51,725 nucleotides of DNA. Origin: Folioceros fuciformis (Eukaryota). The position numbers were made by a program, and so were the translations under genes. Below are positions 31,871 to 42,713 of the stretch, one piece after another. The notes below the pieces were generated by a model that did no database searches, was not told where the DNA came from, and saw only the letters and a list, made by a program, of their open reading frames with translations. The stretch spans positions 62,001-113,725 of the forward strand of contig JBNGIO010005827.1 of the NCBI GenBank assembly GCA_049999805.1, given 5' to 3'. Positions within the stretch are counted from its first letter, which is position 1. The number at the start of each line of letters is the position of its first letter.

Positions 31871-33609
31871 GTACTTGAGGTCATCCAAGAAGCAACACAG
31901 GGTGTTGTTGTGCAGTCAAAGATCAAACCTACATGTGCCATAGGTAGTTCTACGCGGGTATGAGGTCAACATTTGGAGGTATATATGACCATCCAACCCG
32001 CACTAATTGAGACTTTGACTATCTCAGAAGCTTAAGAGGCAAGGCATCTTCCTGTGCGAGGTAGACTTGACCCAATCAACAACTCTAGAGTGGCATTTAA
32101 GGGATTAAGCAACCCCAATCCGGAGAAACTAGCACTCCTTCTTCTCGACATTCCAAGCGGCATTAGTAGGAGGATTAGAGAAGGGAAGATGAGAGCAACA
32201 AGCTGAGGCATCAAGACCACACAACAGGAAGAAGAGGATAGGCTGTGGGTGGATCAATTTCTATATCTAGAGATTCTCTAGATATGGTAATTGCCAATTG
32301 CCTTCTAGTTAAACAAGATACTTAATAAACTACTTTTTGGTTTTGTCTTAAGGAGATCGTTGGTGTTTAGGTTCCTAGCCTGAGCAGGATCGGTACTTGG
32401 ATGCATGACATGCTTGGTACATCGGACAACCATGAGCGAGCACGTCATTATTAACCCCCTAGGTTGGACGGCAAAAGGAAGTGCGACATAGAAAAATGTA
32501 ATGTTCGTAGCCTAGCTGCAGCTTAGTATAGACAAGTAAATTAGGAAAGTGAATATCTAGAATTAATAATGATGAGATTTCTAAAGGTCCCATAATCTAA
32601 AAAACCTAAACTGTAAATAACTATTGGGTACATTTAAAAGGTGCCCGAACACAAAATAACTACCTTTTGTTTCTTTACGACAAGGAAGACTTACAAGTGC
32701 AGGCCCCTGCAGCATCACTTGTTCATTCCCTGGCTATTGAAACACATGGGGCCATGGATAAGGATTTTTTCAGGTTTTTGAAGACATGCGCGAAGGCCCA
32801 TCATGTCACCAGAAGTAGCATAGGGCTTCCTCTATATGGTGTGGTGTCCGCTGCAGCTGTAAGTTAGTATTCTCTTGAATTAGCTTTCTTTTGAAAGATC
32901 ATTCTCTTGAGTTTATTTTCTTAAAATTGCATTTTCTTGTTGGAAATTTGATTGAGGTGTGTGTGCGTAGGGTGTAAGACATGTGAGCCAATTGTGGATT
33001 TGAAAGCCAACCTATAACTCCAACAAAGTGTGGATGCAAGTGGTGAAAATCTTGTGGTTTCTGAAGAAAGTAAACGCTTCACTTTTACAAAGCCATAGCA
33101 CCATCATGCAGTAATTAATGTATGCATAATGTAATGTGATGTAAATAATTATTAACAAATGAACCATACATGAGTATCATGTTTAGTGGCACATCATGAC
33201 AATGAAAGATATTAGAACTAGTCCATGTGTACATTAAATTGCTCATCTCTTTTTTGGAGCATTAATATAAATCAACATTTAATGTGGAGAAAAACCTAAA
33301 TAAGGAATTGCTTGGCTACTCTCAACACATCCTGGGATTATATGTCTCCTACATAAGGGACAAGTTTTTCCCTCTCTTGACCACCAAACATCGATACAAT
33401 AAGTATGGAAAAGATGCAAGCAAATAGGAAGCTTCCGAACTATTGCTCCCTCTTCAAATGGATTAAGACAAATAGCACAGTCATATGTGTTGGTTAAATC
33501 TATGCCAATTACTCTTGATGTAACAAGATTAATATCTTGAGATGACTATTCCTCACTTGGATTTATGTTTTGTTGTGTGAGACCATTGAGTATTGGTAGA
33601 TCCTCAAGT

Positions 33610-33963
33610 GGATCTCTTTCTTGTTCTCCAAGAATGTAAAGCATTGCTATATTATCATTAGCCTACTCTTCTAAAGAATTGCATTACCATTTCATAAAGA
33701 TAATCAATGAGATGATCAATGATCAATAGTACTCCAAAAATAAAATAATTCCAGAAAAAAAATGTGGTGGAACCAATCAGCCATCATACTTGGATCTCTG
33801 TCTTGTTCCCAACGAATGTAAAGTATTGGTATATTATCAGCCGCTACTCTTCTGAAGAGTCTTCTATAGAATTGCATTACCAAATCACAAAGACAATCAA
33901 CTAGATGATCGATGATCAATAGTACTCCAAGTAATTCCAGAAAAAAATTATGGTGGAACCAAT
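33610..33963. repeat. Diverged ~180-bp tandem duplication
   Basis: GGATCTCT..CTTGTT...GAATTGCATTACCA...GATCAATAGTACTCCAA...TGGTGGAACCAAT at ~33610-33777 and ~33792-33963. Confidence 0.8.
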
Positions 33964-35363
33964 AAGTCATCTTATCAAATTAGATTATGTTAGAAAAATC
34001 ATAGATCAAATCTTATATTGTAATTAGGTGTATGATAAAGATATAAAATTATATTCTTCTTGACCTTCTTAAATAAATTATTTTTTTATTATTGAAAAAG
34101 AAGTGAGAAATCCCATCTACTCCAAAGATAGGAGGAATAACCCAAGCCGGGCCAAACGAGGTACTAGCTCCCCCCTTCGAATGTCAAGGTTCTCTTAAGT
34201 TAAGTAGTTAAGTAGGCTATAGAGACTACAATTGAATGAAACATAGAAATGTTGGATATCATGATTCCTCCCTCCTATATACAGGTGAAAGGGTTTACTT
34301 ATATCTTAATTTAGAAACTAAATTATTTGTAGAAGTTTCTAATCCCATCCCCTCGCAGTGCAAACTTTATAACGAATCCACTTAAATGAAAACTAAAAGA
34401 TGCGAAGAATCAACATTTTAAACAAGAGGGACTAACTTGTTATAAACTATTTTCTATGACTAAGTCTAATCCTAGGCCAATCCTGTTATGGACTATTGCC
34501 CGTGATTAGAGCTAGCCCTTTTGGCCCGGTTTGTTTAGAGCTAGCCCCGTTGACCCGGTTTGTTTCCCTCGTTCAAGGTGGTTTGTGTCCCGGTCCCGGT
34601 TTGTTTTCCCTCTTGCAGGGTGGTTTATCTCCCACAATTTTATCGTCCTCTCTGCATAACTTACTTTCAACCTCCCTGTGTGCCTCTGTCCACTATTCAC
34701 GGTCCCTGCGTTGCTCGTGCTTTCTTTCGGGGTAGATGGGTTTCCGTCTTAATTTTTTTTCAAGTAGTTATCGTCTTTTATCCATCTTTTCTTGTTATTA
34801 GACGTTTGTAATCCAAGATTACCTTGTGCACTGTCGCGACGACGGATAGCAGCCCGATCCGACACCAAGGCTGGAGACGGACAATGCATGATATTTGGCA
34901 GGACGACAAATTGTTCATTATCATATGGACGGGGAGAAGGGAGTTGTCAAATTTCCATGAGAGATCGCAGGCACTGGCTTGGGACGTGCATACTTATCTG
35001 ATAGGGTCTTCGCACCAGACCGGCCCGGTCCTTGAGGAGGAGCTTGGCAGGTGCAGATTTTCCTGACAGGCTATTTGCACCAGACCGTCCTGCTCCTCGA
35101 GGAGGAGCAAGAGACGATGGCAAGGACGTCGGCCTCTCATAGAATATGGCAGCTGAAATCAATCGTGATTACAGTCGTTGTTACTGATTTCGATAGTTAT
35201 GTCTGTAAGTAGGTTTTCATCAACAAACACCGGTTGTGACAACTAGTAATTTTCTGCCAGGTACTCCTGATTCCATCCTGCCAGATCCTGTTGGTGGCGC
35301 CTGCTGATTTTGTTAACAACACCCGGATTCAGAATTCCACCTTCGGAACACATTCCATCATTC

Positions 35364-37937
35364 TCACGGTCTACCCTTGCAACTGCAACAACCAGCTGTG
35401 AATCTATGTACGCGGTACGCATCCCTCACCACAATGTCCCTCATTTCAATCCTTGACATGATTGCAGTGGAAGTGTGGCAGTCACTGCACATGCGGAGAT
35501 TCTTCGTTACGAGCAGAGGTGTGCCGCTCGGGGTATTCAAGAGGCCGTACGCCAGAGCTAGCTTCTCAGCATGCCCACAGAGCGCATCTTCCTTTTCCTC
35601 CTCAGACAATGGCTTCAACACCAGTTGTGTGTGTGGCACGTGGGCCCCTTCCTCCGTCAGACGTGCGTTCACACTCTCTACCTTGAGAGAAATATCCTCC
35701 CTGTTTTCTCCCACCACAAACGTATGTATTTCATCCTCTATCTCGATGCCTGCCACTGCAGGTTTCTTCTTAGCTGCTGCTGTCATTCTCTGTCTCTCAA
35801 TCCTCTCTACGTCTGTCCACCTCCCAGCATCTGCATACCCTTTGGCCATGAGCACATATGCAGATGCACACTGACCATCAAGTTTAACGAGACTTTCAAA
35901 ACAACGGGTCGCCCTCTCCATATCCCCGTGACTTGTGCACGCATTCAGGAACGACGTCAACCCCACAACATTGTTTTCACTCTCGCACGATAATAGCATG
36001 CTCTCTGCCTCATCTAAATGGCCTGCACGCCCAAGTAGATCAATCATACAGTTGTAATGCTGAGTAGTGGGTTTCATGCCATGCTGTTCAACCATAACAT
36101 TGAAGTGCTTCCGGCCCTCATTCACCAGTCCCTCGTGCCCGCATGCCACAAAGAGGCAAGTAAACGTAGTGTCATCGGGCTGAATACCAGCCACCAACAT
36201 CTCCTCATAACAAGCTAATGCTTTCCCACCTCCATCACAACTACCATAACCAGCTATCAGGGCATTCCATGCCACAACATCCCTAGTGGCCAAGCTGTCG
36301 AAGACCCGGCGTGCCTCTTCCATTTCGCCACATTTTGCATACATGTCCACCAGACCAGTGCCCACCAGTGCGTTATCTAACTGACCTCTTTCCACAATCC
36401 GTGAGTGGAGCTGCCTGCCCTTTTGCAAGGCACCAGAACCAGCACAGGCCTTCAAAAGGCAAGCATAAGTAACATGGTTACCCAAAATCAGGCCCTCTTG
36501 CTCCATTTGTCTGTAGACGGCCAGCGCCTCTTGATCGAGGCCTTGGTTTGCATATCCTGCTATAAGGGCAGTCCAAATCACCACATCCTTACAGGCCAAG
36601 CTGTCAAAAACCATGCGCGCCTCTTCCATTTTGCCACATTTCGCATACATGTCCACCAGACATGTGCGAATCAGTGTGTTATCCAGTTCTCTTCTTTCCA
36701 CGATCCTTGAGTGCAGCTGCCTGCCCTTCTGTAAATCACCAGCGCTCGCACAGGCCTTCAGAAGGTAAGAAACAGTAACAGCATTAGCTAAAATTCGACC
36801 TTCCTTCCCCATTCGTTCATACAGTACAAAAACCTCATCACTAAGCCCACGATTTGCATAACCAGCCATGAGAGCATTCCAAGTCACCACATTTTTTGTG
36901 GTCAAGCTGTCAAATACACGCCGTGCATCTTCAAGTTGGCCACATTTTGCATACATGTCCACCAGGCAGCTGCCAAGAAACAAGTTGAGAGGAATCCCAG
37001 AGTGCAAGACATCATGGTGCACTTTCCTGCCAGATTCGAGGTCGGCGGCAAATGCGCAAGCTTGAAGCGCAGCTACAAAGACGTGAGCATCCGGCTTCAC
37101 CCCTGACCCACGCATCTCGTGGTACAGTCGTATGGCCTCATTAGGTTTCCCATGCTTAGCATAAACAGAGATGATGGAAAACCACATGAAGGCATCTGGT
37201 TTGCCCACCCTGGTGAACACATCCACGGCCAAGTGCAACTCGCCTGCACCTGCATACATCCGCAGCAGATGGTTCCCCAAGTACGTATTCGACTCGTACC
37301 CCACATCGATAATGAGACGATGAACCCGTCGCCCGACAGCCAGATTCTTCTTAGCCGCACACAGCTTCAGTACCGCATAAAACAGAGACTGAGAAACAGG
37401 GCAGTCCCCGTACGCCAGAAATTCCAGGGCGCCGACTGCCTCGCTGAGCTTCCCTAGATCACATAACGTGATCACGGTTTCCGGAGTTACAACCATGTTC
37501 GATCCAGCAGGCCTGCAAGGCTCGGGCTTACCCGAAAGGCTGCACTCGGACGTAGACGCACCATGCCCCATCTGCCTGTCCATAGCAACCAGCTGCTCAT
37601 CCACCCAAACTGGATTAGAGGAGTTGTCTAACCAGAGGACCTCACCAGACCCCTCACGGCGGAAGTCAGGCGAACGGGAGCTCTTCTTGTCTCGCCTGTT
37701 ATCCCACCACATGGTAGGGTCAAGGAAAAGGGGCCGAGGATCGTCGCTACATAATGCCCCCCTAGCCATGTATTTCCTCCGCAGTGCTGAGTTCATCACC
37801 CTGCTCCACCTCGAGGCTTCGTTGCTCGCCAGCTGCTGCCTGCTGGAAGTGTGGCGTGCGGGAGCTCCTGGTAGACTCCCCGCACACACACCAATTGGAT
37901 GGGTCCGCGACGGATCCGGTTGCCATACCGTGGACAT
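35364..37937 (-). CDS. PDF-PLS PPR-DYW:KP (GRP-type) protein (copy 3, 857 aa)
   Basis: Intact ORF; 4 PLS triplets; KKPAVAGIEI, HAEKLA, CSDCH, terminus CSCKGRP. Confidence 0.95.
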   Translation of the reverse strand: MSTVWQPDPSRTHPIGVCAGSLPGAPARHTSSRQQLASNEASRWSRVMNSALRRKYMARGALCSDDPRPLFLDPTMWWDNRRDKKSSRSPDFRREGSGEVLWLDNSSNPVWVDEQLVAMDRQMGHGASTSECSLSGKPEPCRPAGSNMVVTPETVITLCDLGKLSEAVGALEFLAYGDCPVSQSLFYAVLKLCAAKKNLAVGRRVHRLIIDVGYESNTYLGNHLLRMYAGAGELHLAVDVFTRVGKPDAFMWFSIISVYAKHGKPNEAIRLYHEMRGSGVKPDAHVFVAALQACAFAADLESGRKVHHDVLHSGIPLNLFLGSCLVDMYAKCGQLEDARRVFDSLTTKNVVTWNALMAGYANRGLSDEVFVLYERMGKEGRILANAVTVSYLLKACASAGDLQKGRQLHSRIVERRELDNTLIRTCLVDMYAKCGKMEEARMVFDSLACKDVVIWTALIAGYANQGLDQEALAVYRQMEQEGLILGNHVTYACLLKACAGSGALQKGRQLHSRIVERGQLDNALVGTGLVDMYAKCGEMEEARRVFDSLATRDVVAWNALIAGYGSCDGGGKALACYEEMLVAGIQPDDTTFTCLFVACGHEGLVNEGRKHFNVMVEQHGMKPTTQHYNCMIDLLGRAGHLDEAESMLLSCESENNVVGLTSFLNACTSHGDMERATRCFESLVKLDGQCASAYVLMAKGYADAGRWTDVERIERQRMTAAAKKKPAVAGIEIEDEIHTFVVGENREDISLKVESVNARLTEEGAHVPHTQLVLKPLSEEEKEDALCGHAEKLALAYGLLNTPSGTPLLVTKNLRMCSDCHTSTAIMSRIEMRDIVVRDAYRVHRFTAGCCSCKGRP

Positions 37938-38611
37938 GTCACCGGAACCGCTCCGGAAGGCGAGACGCAGTGCGGGCAGGATTCCTAGCTATGTGTTGAT
38001 CACCATCGATAAAAGAGCATCAGCCACACACTCCTCATCGCAAACGCAGCGTGCCCCACACCATCTACCCATCACCAACGGCATCTTCTGGCATCCAACA
38101 AGCACATCGACGTCCTCAAATCTACACAAACCAGCCAAATTGTGACACCGCCTCATCGGCACCTCATGCCCGGCCCCAGACTCATAGCAAAGATCTATCG
38201 TCACCTTCTGCCAAGCAAGTGCCGCTGACGATTTGGACTCTCGGGAAGTTCCCCTGCGGACTCCAGGTTCATATCGACTGGTGCGCGCGTTCATGTCTCG
38301 GACGCACCAAAGCAAGTCGTTGAAAGTCGGAGGAATTCCGTTTCAGCGTTTTAAAACGTGATGGAAAGAAACGTGCGAGTACGAACTATGGCTCCAGGTT
38401 CGAGAAATCCGTTCAGACACACTCTGCCGCTGCCGGACGGCTTGGTTCCATGGTGGTTACGGCCCATGTGCGTGGGACCTCGTGGGTTCGATGGGTTGCC
38501 ACGGCCTTGCAGTGCGACGAGTGGCAGGCCTATACATTCTTCGGGAATTGATCTGGAAAAAGCTTCCGAGAGCGGTGCATGCCACATGACCACACTATGG
38601 CAACTTGTGAC

Positions 38612-41600
38612 ATGGCCACAATATGGCAACCGGATCCGTCTTGGACCCAACCAACTGGTGGGTGTGCAGGGAGTCGACGAGGAGCTCGCGCACGCCTCAC
38701 TTTTAGCAGGCAGCCGCTGGCGAACTGGAGCAGGGTGACGAATTTTGCGCTGCGGAGGAGATACATGGCTGGGGGGGCATTATGTGGCGACGATCGTCGG
38801 CAGGAGCTGGAGCGCTTGTGGCGAGAGTTTTTCCTTGACCCTACCTTGTGGTGGGATAACAGGCGAGATAAGAAGAGCTCCCGTTCCCCTGACTTCATCC
38901 GGGAGGGATCTGGTGAAGTCCTTTGGTTAGACAACTCTTCCAATCCAGTTTGGGTGGATGAGCAGCTTGTTGCTATGGACAGGCGGATGGGCCATGGTGC
39001 ATCTACGTCGAAGTCGAGCTGTTCGGGGAAGGCCGAGCCTAGCAGGCGTGCAGGGTACCCTATGGGCGTAACTCCTGTAACCGTGAGCGTGTTATGTGAG
39101 CAAGGGAAGCTCGGTGAGGCTGTAGCCACTTTGGAATCTCTGGCGCAAGGGGGCTCTCCTGTTTCTCAATCTCTGCTGTATGCTGTGCTGAAACTGTGCG
39201 CCAGGAAGAAGAATCTAGCTGTAGGGCGACGAGTTCATGATCTCATTATCAATTTGGGATACGAGTCAAATACGTACCTGGGGAATCATATTCTGCGGAT
39301 GTATGCAGGTTTTGGTGAGTTACAATTGGCCATGGATGTGTTCACCAGGGTGGGCAAACCAGATGCCTTCATGTGGTTTTCCATTATCTCTGCGCATGCT
39401 AAGCATGGCGAACCTAGTGAAGCCATACGACTGTACCACTCGATGCATAGGTCAGGGGTGAAGCCGGATGGTCACGTCTTTGTAGCTGCCCTTCAAGCTT
39501 GTGCATTTGCCGCCGACCTCGAATCTGGCAGGAAAGTGCATTCTGATTTCTTGCGCAGTGGAATTCCTTCTAACTTGTTTCTTGGCAGCTGCTTGGTTGA
39601 CATGTATGCAAAGTGTGGTGAACTGAAGTATGCACGGCAGATATTTGACAGCTTGCCCACAAAAAATGTCGTTACATGGAATTCTCTCATTGCTGGGTAT
39701 GCAAATCAAAGGCTCTTTCAAGAGGCCTTTGTGCTGTATGGAGAAATGGAGCAAAAGGGCCTGGTTCTGGCTGATCATGTTACTTTCGCTTGCCTTCTGA
39801 AGGCCTGCGCAAGCTCTTGTGCTATAGTAGAGGGAAGGCAGCTGCACTCACAGATTTTGGAAAGAGGGCATCTAGAAAATGGGGTTGTGGTGGGCAACTG
39901 CTTGGTGGACATGTATGCGAAATGTGGCGAACTGGAAGTTGCACGCATCGTTTTTGAGAGCTTGGCCACTAAGGATGTCGTGACATGGACCTCCCTTGTA
40001 GCTGCATACGCAAATCATGGGCTTTGTCAAGAAGCTCTCCTTCTTTATGGACGAATGGAGCGAGAGGGCTTGATTTTGGGAAATCATATTACTTTTGCCT
40101 GCCTTCTTAAGGCCTGTGCAAGCGATGGTGCCTTAGAGAAGGGCAGGGAGTTGCACTCACAGATTGTGGAAAGAGGAATGCTCGATAACTTGCTGGTGGG
40201 CAACTGCCTGGTGGACATGTATGCTAAATGTGGCCAACTGGACGATGCACGTGGGGTTTTTGACAGTCTGCCGAGAAAAAATGTGGCGACATGGACGGCT
40301 CTAATTGCTGGCTATGCACAGCAGGGTCTCCCTCAAGAGGCTATTGGCCTGTATGGACAAATGGAGCAAGAGGGGCAGGTTCTAGCTGACAGCGTTGCTC
40401 TTTCTTGCCTTTTGAGGGCGTGTGCAAGTGCCGGTGCCTTGCAAGAGGGCAGGCACCTGCACTCTCAGATTCTGGAAAGTGGGCAGTTGCAAAGTGACAT
40501 GCTGGTGGGGAACTGCTTGATAGACATGTATGCAAAATGTGGCGAACTCGAGGATGCACGCCGGGTCTTCAACAGCTTGGCCTCGAAAGATGTGGTGACA
40601 TGGACGACCCTTGTAGCAGGGTATGCTCAGCAAGGACTCGGTCAGGAGGCGTTAGTTCTGTATCACCGAATGGAGCAGGAGGGGCTGATTCTGGCTGACG
40701 CTGTCACTTTTTCTTGCCTCTTGAGGGTATGTGCAAGTATTGGAGCCTTACAAGAAGGACGGGAACTGCACTCGCAGATTGTGGAAAGAGGACAGTTAGA
40801 CAGTGACATCCAGTTGGGCACTTGCCTGGTGGACATGTATGCGAAATGTGGTGACTTAGAAGATGCACGTCGGACATTTGACAGTTTAGCATCAAGAGAT
40901 GTGGCGACATGGACAGCCCTGATATCTGGCTACGGTACTTGTGATGAAGGGCACAATGCACTTGCTTGTTTTGAGGAGATGTTAGTTGCTGGTGTTCAGC
41001 CTGATGATTCTACTTTTACCTGCGTTTTGGTAGCATGCGCTCATGAGGGACTGGTGACTGAGGGTCGCAAGCACTTCACTGGCATGGAACAGCAGGGCGT
41101 CAAACCTAATATTCAGCATTACAATTGCATGATTGATCTTCTTGCACGAGCAGGCCATTTAGATGAGGCTGAGAACATGTTATTATCTTGTGAGAGCGAA
41201 GGCAATGTCGTGGGATTAACGTCGTTGCTATTTGCCTGCAAAAGTCATGGGGACATAGAGAGGGCAACCCGGTGCTTTGAAAGTCTTGTAAGGCTGGACC
41301 CTCAGGGTGCATCCGCGTATATGCTTATGGCCAATGTGTATGCCGATGGTGGTCGGTGGACAGATGTTGAGAAGATTGAAAGGCAGAGACTGTTAGCAGG
41401 AGCCAGGAAGAAACCTGCGGTGGCAGGCATTGAGGTCGCGAATGAGGTACATACGTTTGTGGTGGGAGAATACAGAGATGATCTCTCTCTTAAGGTAGAG
41501 AGCATGAACGTATGTCTGAAGGGGGTAGGGGGCCACATACCGCAGACAAAGTTGGTCATGAAGCCTCTGTCCGAGAAACAAAAGGAAGATGTTCTTTGCG

Positions 41601-41812
41601 GGCATGCTGAGAAGCTAGCTCTGGCATATGGTCTCTTGAATACTCCTAGTGGCACACGTCTGTTGGTAACGAAGGATTTACGCATGTGCAGCGACTGCCA
41701 CAGCTCCACTGAAATCATGTCAAGGGTTGAAAAGCGACAAATTGTTGTGAGGGATGGCTACCGTGTGCATCGATTCGCAGCTGGGTGTTGCAGTTGTAAG
41801 GGTCGACCATAA
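38612..41812 (+). CDS. PDF-PLS PPR-DYW:KP (GRP-type) protein (copy 4, ~1066 aa; upstream in-frame ATGs at 38579 and 38597)
   Basis: The MATIWQPD start aligns with the paralogs; 6 PLS triplets; KKPAVAGIEV, HAEKLA, CSDCH, terminus CSCKGRP. Confidence 0.95.
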   Translation: MATIWQPDPSWTQPTGGCAGSRRGARARLTFSRQPLANWSRVTNFALRRRYMAGGALCGDDRRQELERLWREFFLDPTLWWDNRRDKKSSRSPDFIREGSGEVLWLDNSSNPVWVDEQLVAMDRRMGHGASTSKSSCSGKAEPSRRAGYPMGVTPVTVSVLCEQGKLGEAVATLESLAQGGSPVSQSLLYAVLKLCARKKNLAVGRRVHDLIINLGYESNTYLGNHILRMYAGFGELQLAMDVFTRVGKPDAFMWFSIISAHAKHGEPSEAIRLYHSMHRSGVKPDGHVFVAALQACAFAADLESGRKVHSDFLRSGIPSNLFLGSCLVDMYAKCGELKYARQIFDSLPTKNVVTWNSLIAGYANQRLFQEAFVLYGEMEQKGLVLADHVTFACLLKACASSCAIVEGRQLHSQILERGHLENGVVVGNCLVDMYAKCGELEVARIVFESLATKDVVTWTSLVAAYANHGLCQEALLLYGRMEREGLILGNHITFACLLKACASDGALEKGRELHSQIVERGMLDNLLVGNCLVDMYAKCGQLDDARGVFDSLPRKNVATWTALIAGYAQQGLPQEAIGLYGQMEQEGQVLADSVALSCLLRACASAGALQEGRHLHSQILESGQLQSDMLVGNCLIDMYAKCGELEDARRVFNSLASKDVVTWTTLVAGYAQQGLGQEALVLYHRMEQEGLILADAVTFSCLLRVCASIGALQEGRELHSQIVERGQLDSDIQLGTCLVDMYAKCGDLEDARRTFDSLASRDVATWTALISGYGTCDEGHNALACFEEMLVAGVQPDDSTFTCVLVACAHEGLVTEGRKHFTGMEQQGVKPNIQHYNCMIDLLARAGHLDEAENMLLSCESEGNVVGLTSLLFACKSHGDIERATRCFESLVRLDPQGASAYMLMANVYADGGRWTDVEKIERQRLLAGARKKPAVAGIEVANEVHTFVVGEYRDDLSLKVESMNVCLKGVGGHIPQTKLVMKPLSEKQKEDVLCGHAEKLALAYGLLNTPSGTRLLVTKDLRMCSDCHSSTEIMSRVEKRQIVVRDGYRVHRFAAGCCSCKGRP

Positions 41813-42713
41813 AATGAAGATTTAAGCTGTAGACTTACAGCATGCATTCGGTACCAGGGAGACCAACGACCTAGATGTCCCGGACAATGTAGTGCAAGTC
41901 GCGCTCACTTCCAAGGGGCCTGACCGTCCAAGACGGTACACGATCTCCAGTGTTCCGGTGTGGGAGTGATATCATGTCTGTCGAGAATTACTTTGAAGTG
42001 CCTTCTGCCCTGTCCTACCAGACCCACTTGACTGCAGGCCACCCGATGGGCTCAATATATGTTGCCGCACCAGTCGTTTGTTGGCCATAGCCAGTACATT
42101 TTGTCCCAGATCTCTCACCTATATCCGAGAGAGCAGGTCTGAAATCTATGGTGGCCTCGGTATGTCTTGGGTCTTCACTCCGCACTTGATACTCAAAGGT
42201 ATGCCAAATGCCCACGCAACTCAAAAATTGGAGCGAAGTGTATGACAGTGGACGCCGATGTTCTTCTGATGGTCCTTACTTTCTGCCATCCAATGCCGTA
42301 AACAGTAGCCAGCGTGACAGTTTCATCGACTGCTCTGCGCATTTCCACTATCCGCTGTGCTTGATCCCTACCACCCTATCTCACCCGCATATGGAAGACC
42401 ACTCTTTTCGAACAGTCTCACTCTTTCAACAATGAAAACTCCACTGGGTTGGTGGGAAGCTCCTAACAAGAAATCGTTTTGCTGCTGGCGAGGAATTTGG
42501 CAATGGGTGTTTATGGGTTTGCCGTTAAGTCTTGGTCATACACTCTAGCTTTTGTGACTTCCTTACATCACGACAGGCTACGTTCCATGGTTGGCGTTGC
42601 CTCTGGACGTACCCAATGTTGCTGTGCAGTTGGCAGGCATCCTGCTGCGGCCATCCCAACAAGGCCTTCACAGTTAATTCTGATTTTCATGTTCCGACAG
42701 CTGTGGCTGTAAC

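Noticed and set aside
34792-35162. Short ORFs downstream of PPR copy 3 (HDIWQDDKL faintly like a Gypsy linker)
   Set aside because: Too short and degenerate to assign.
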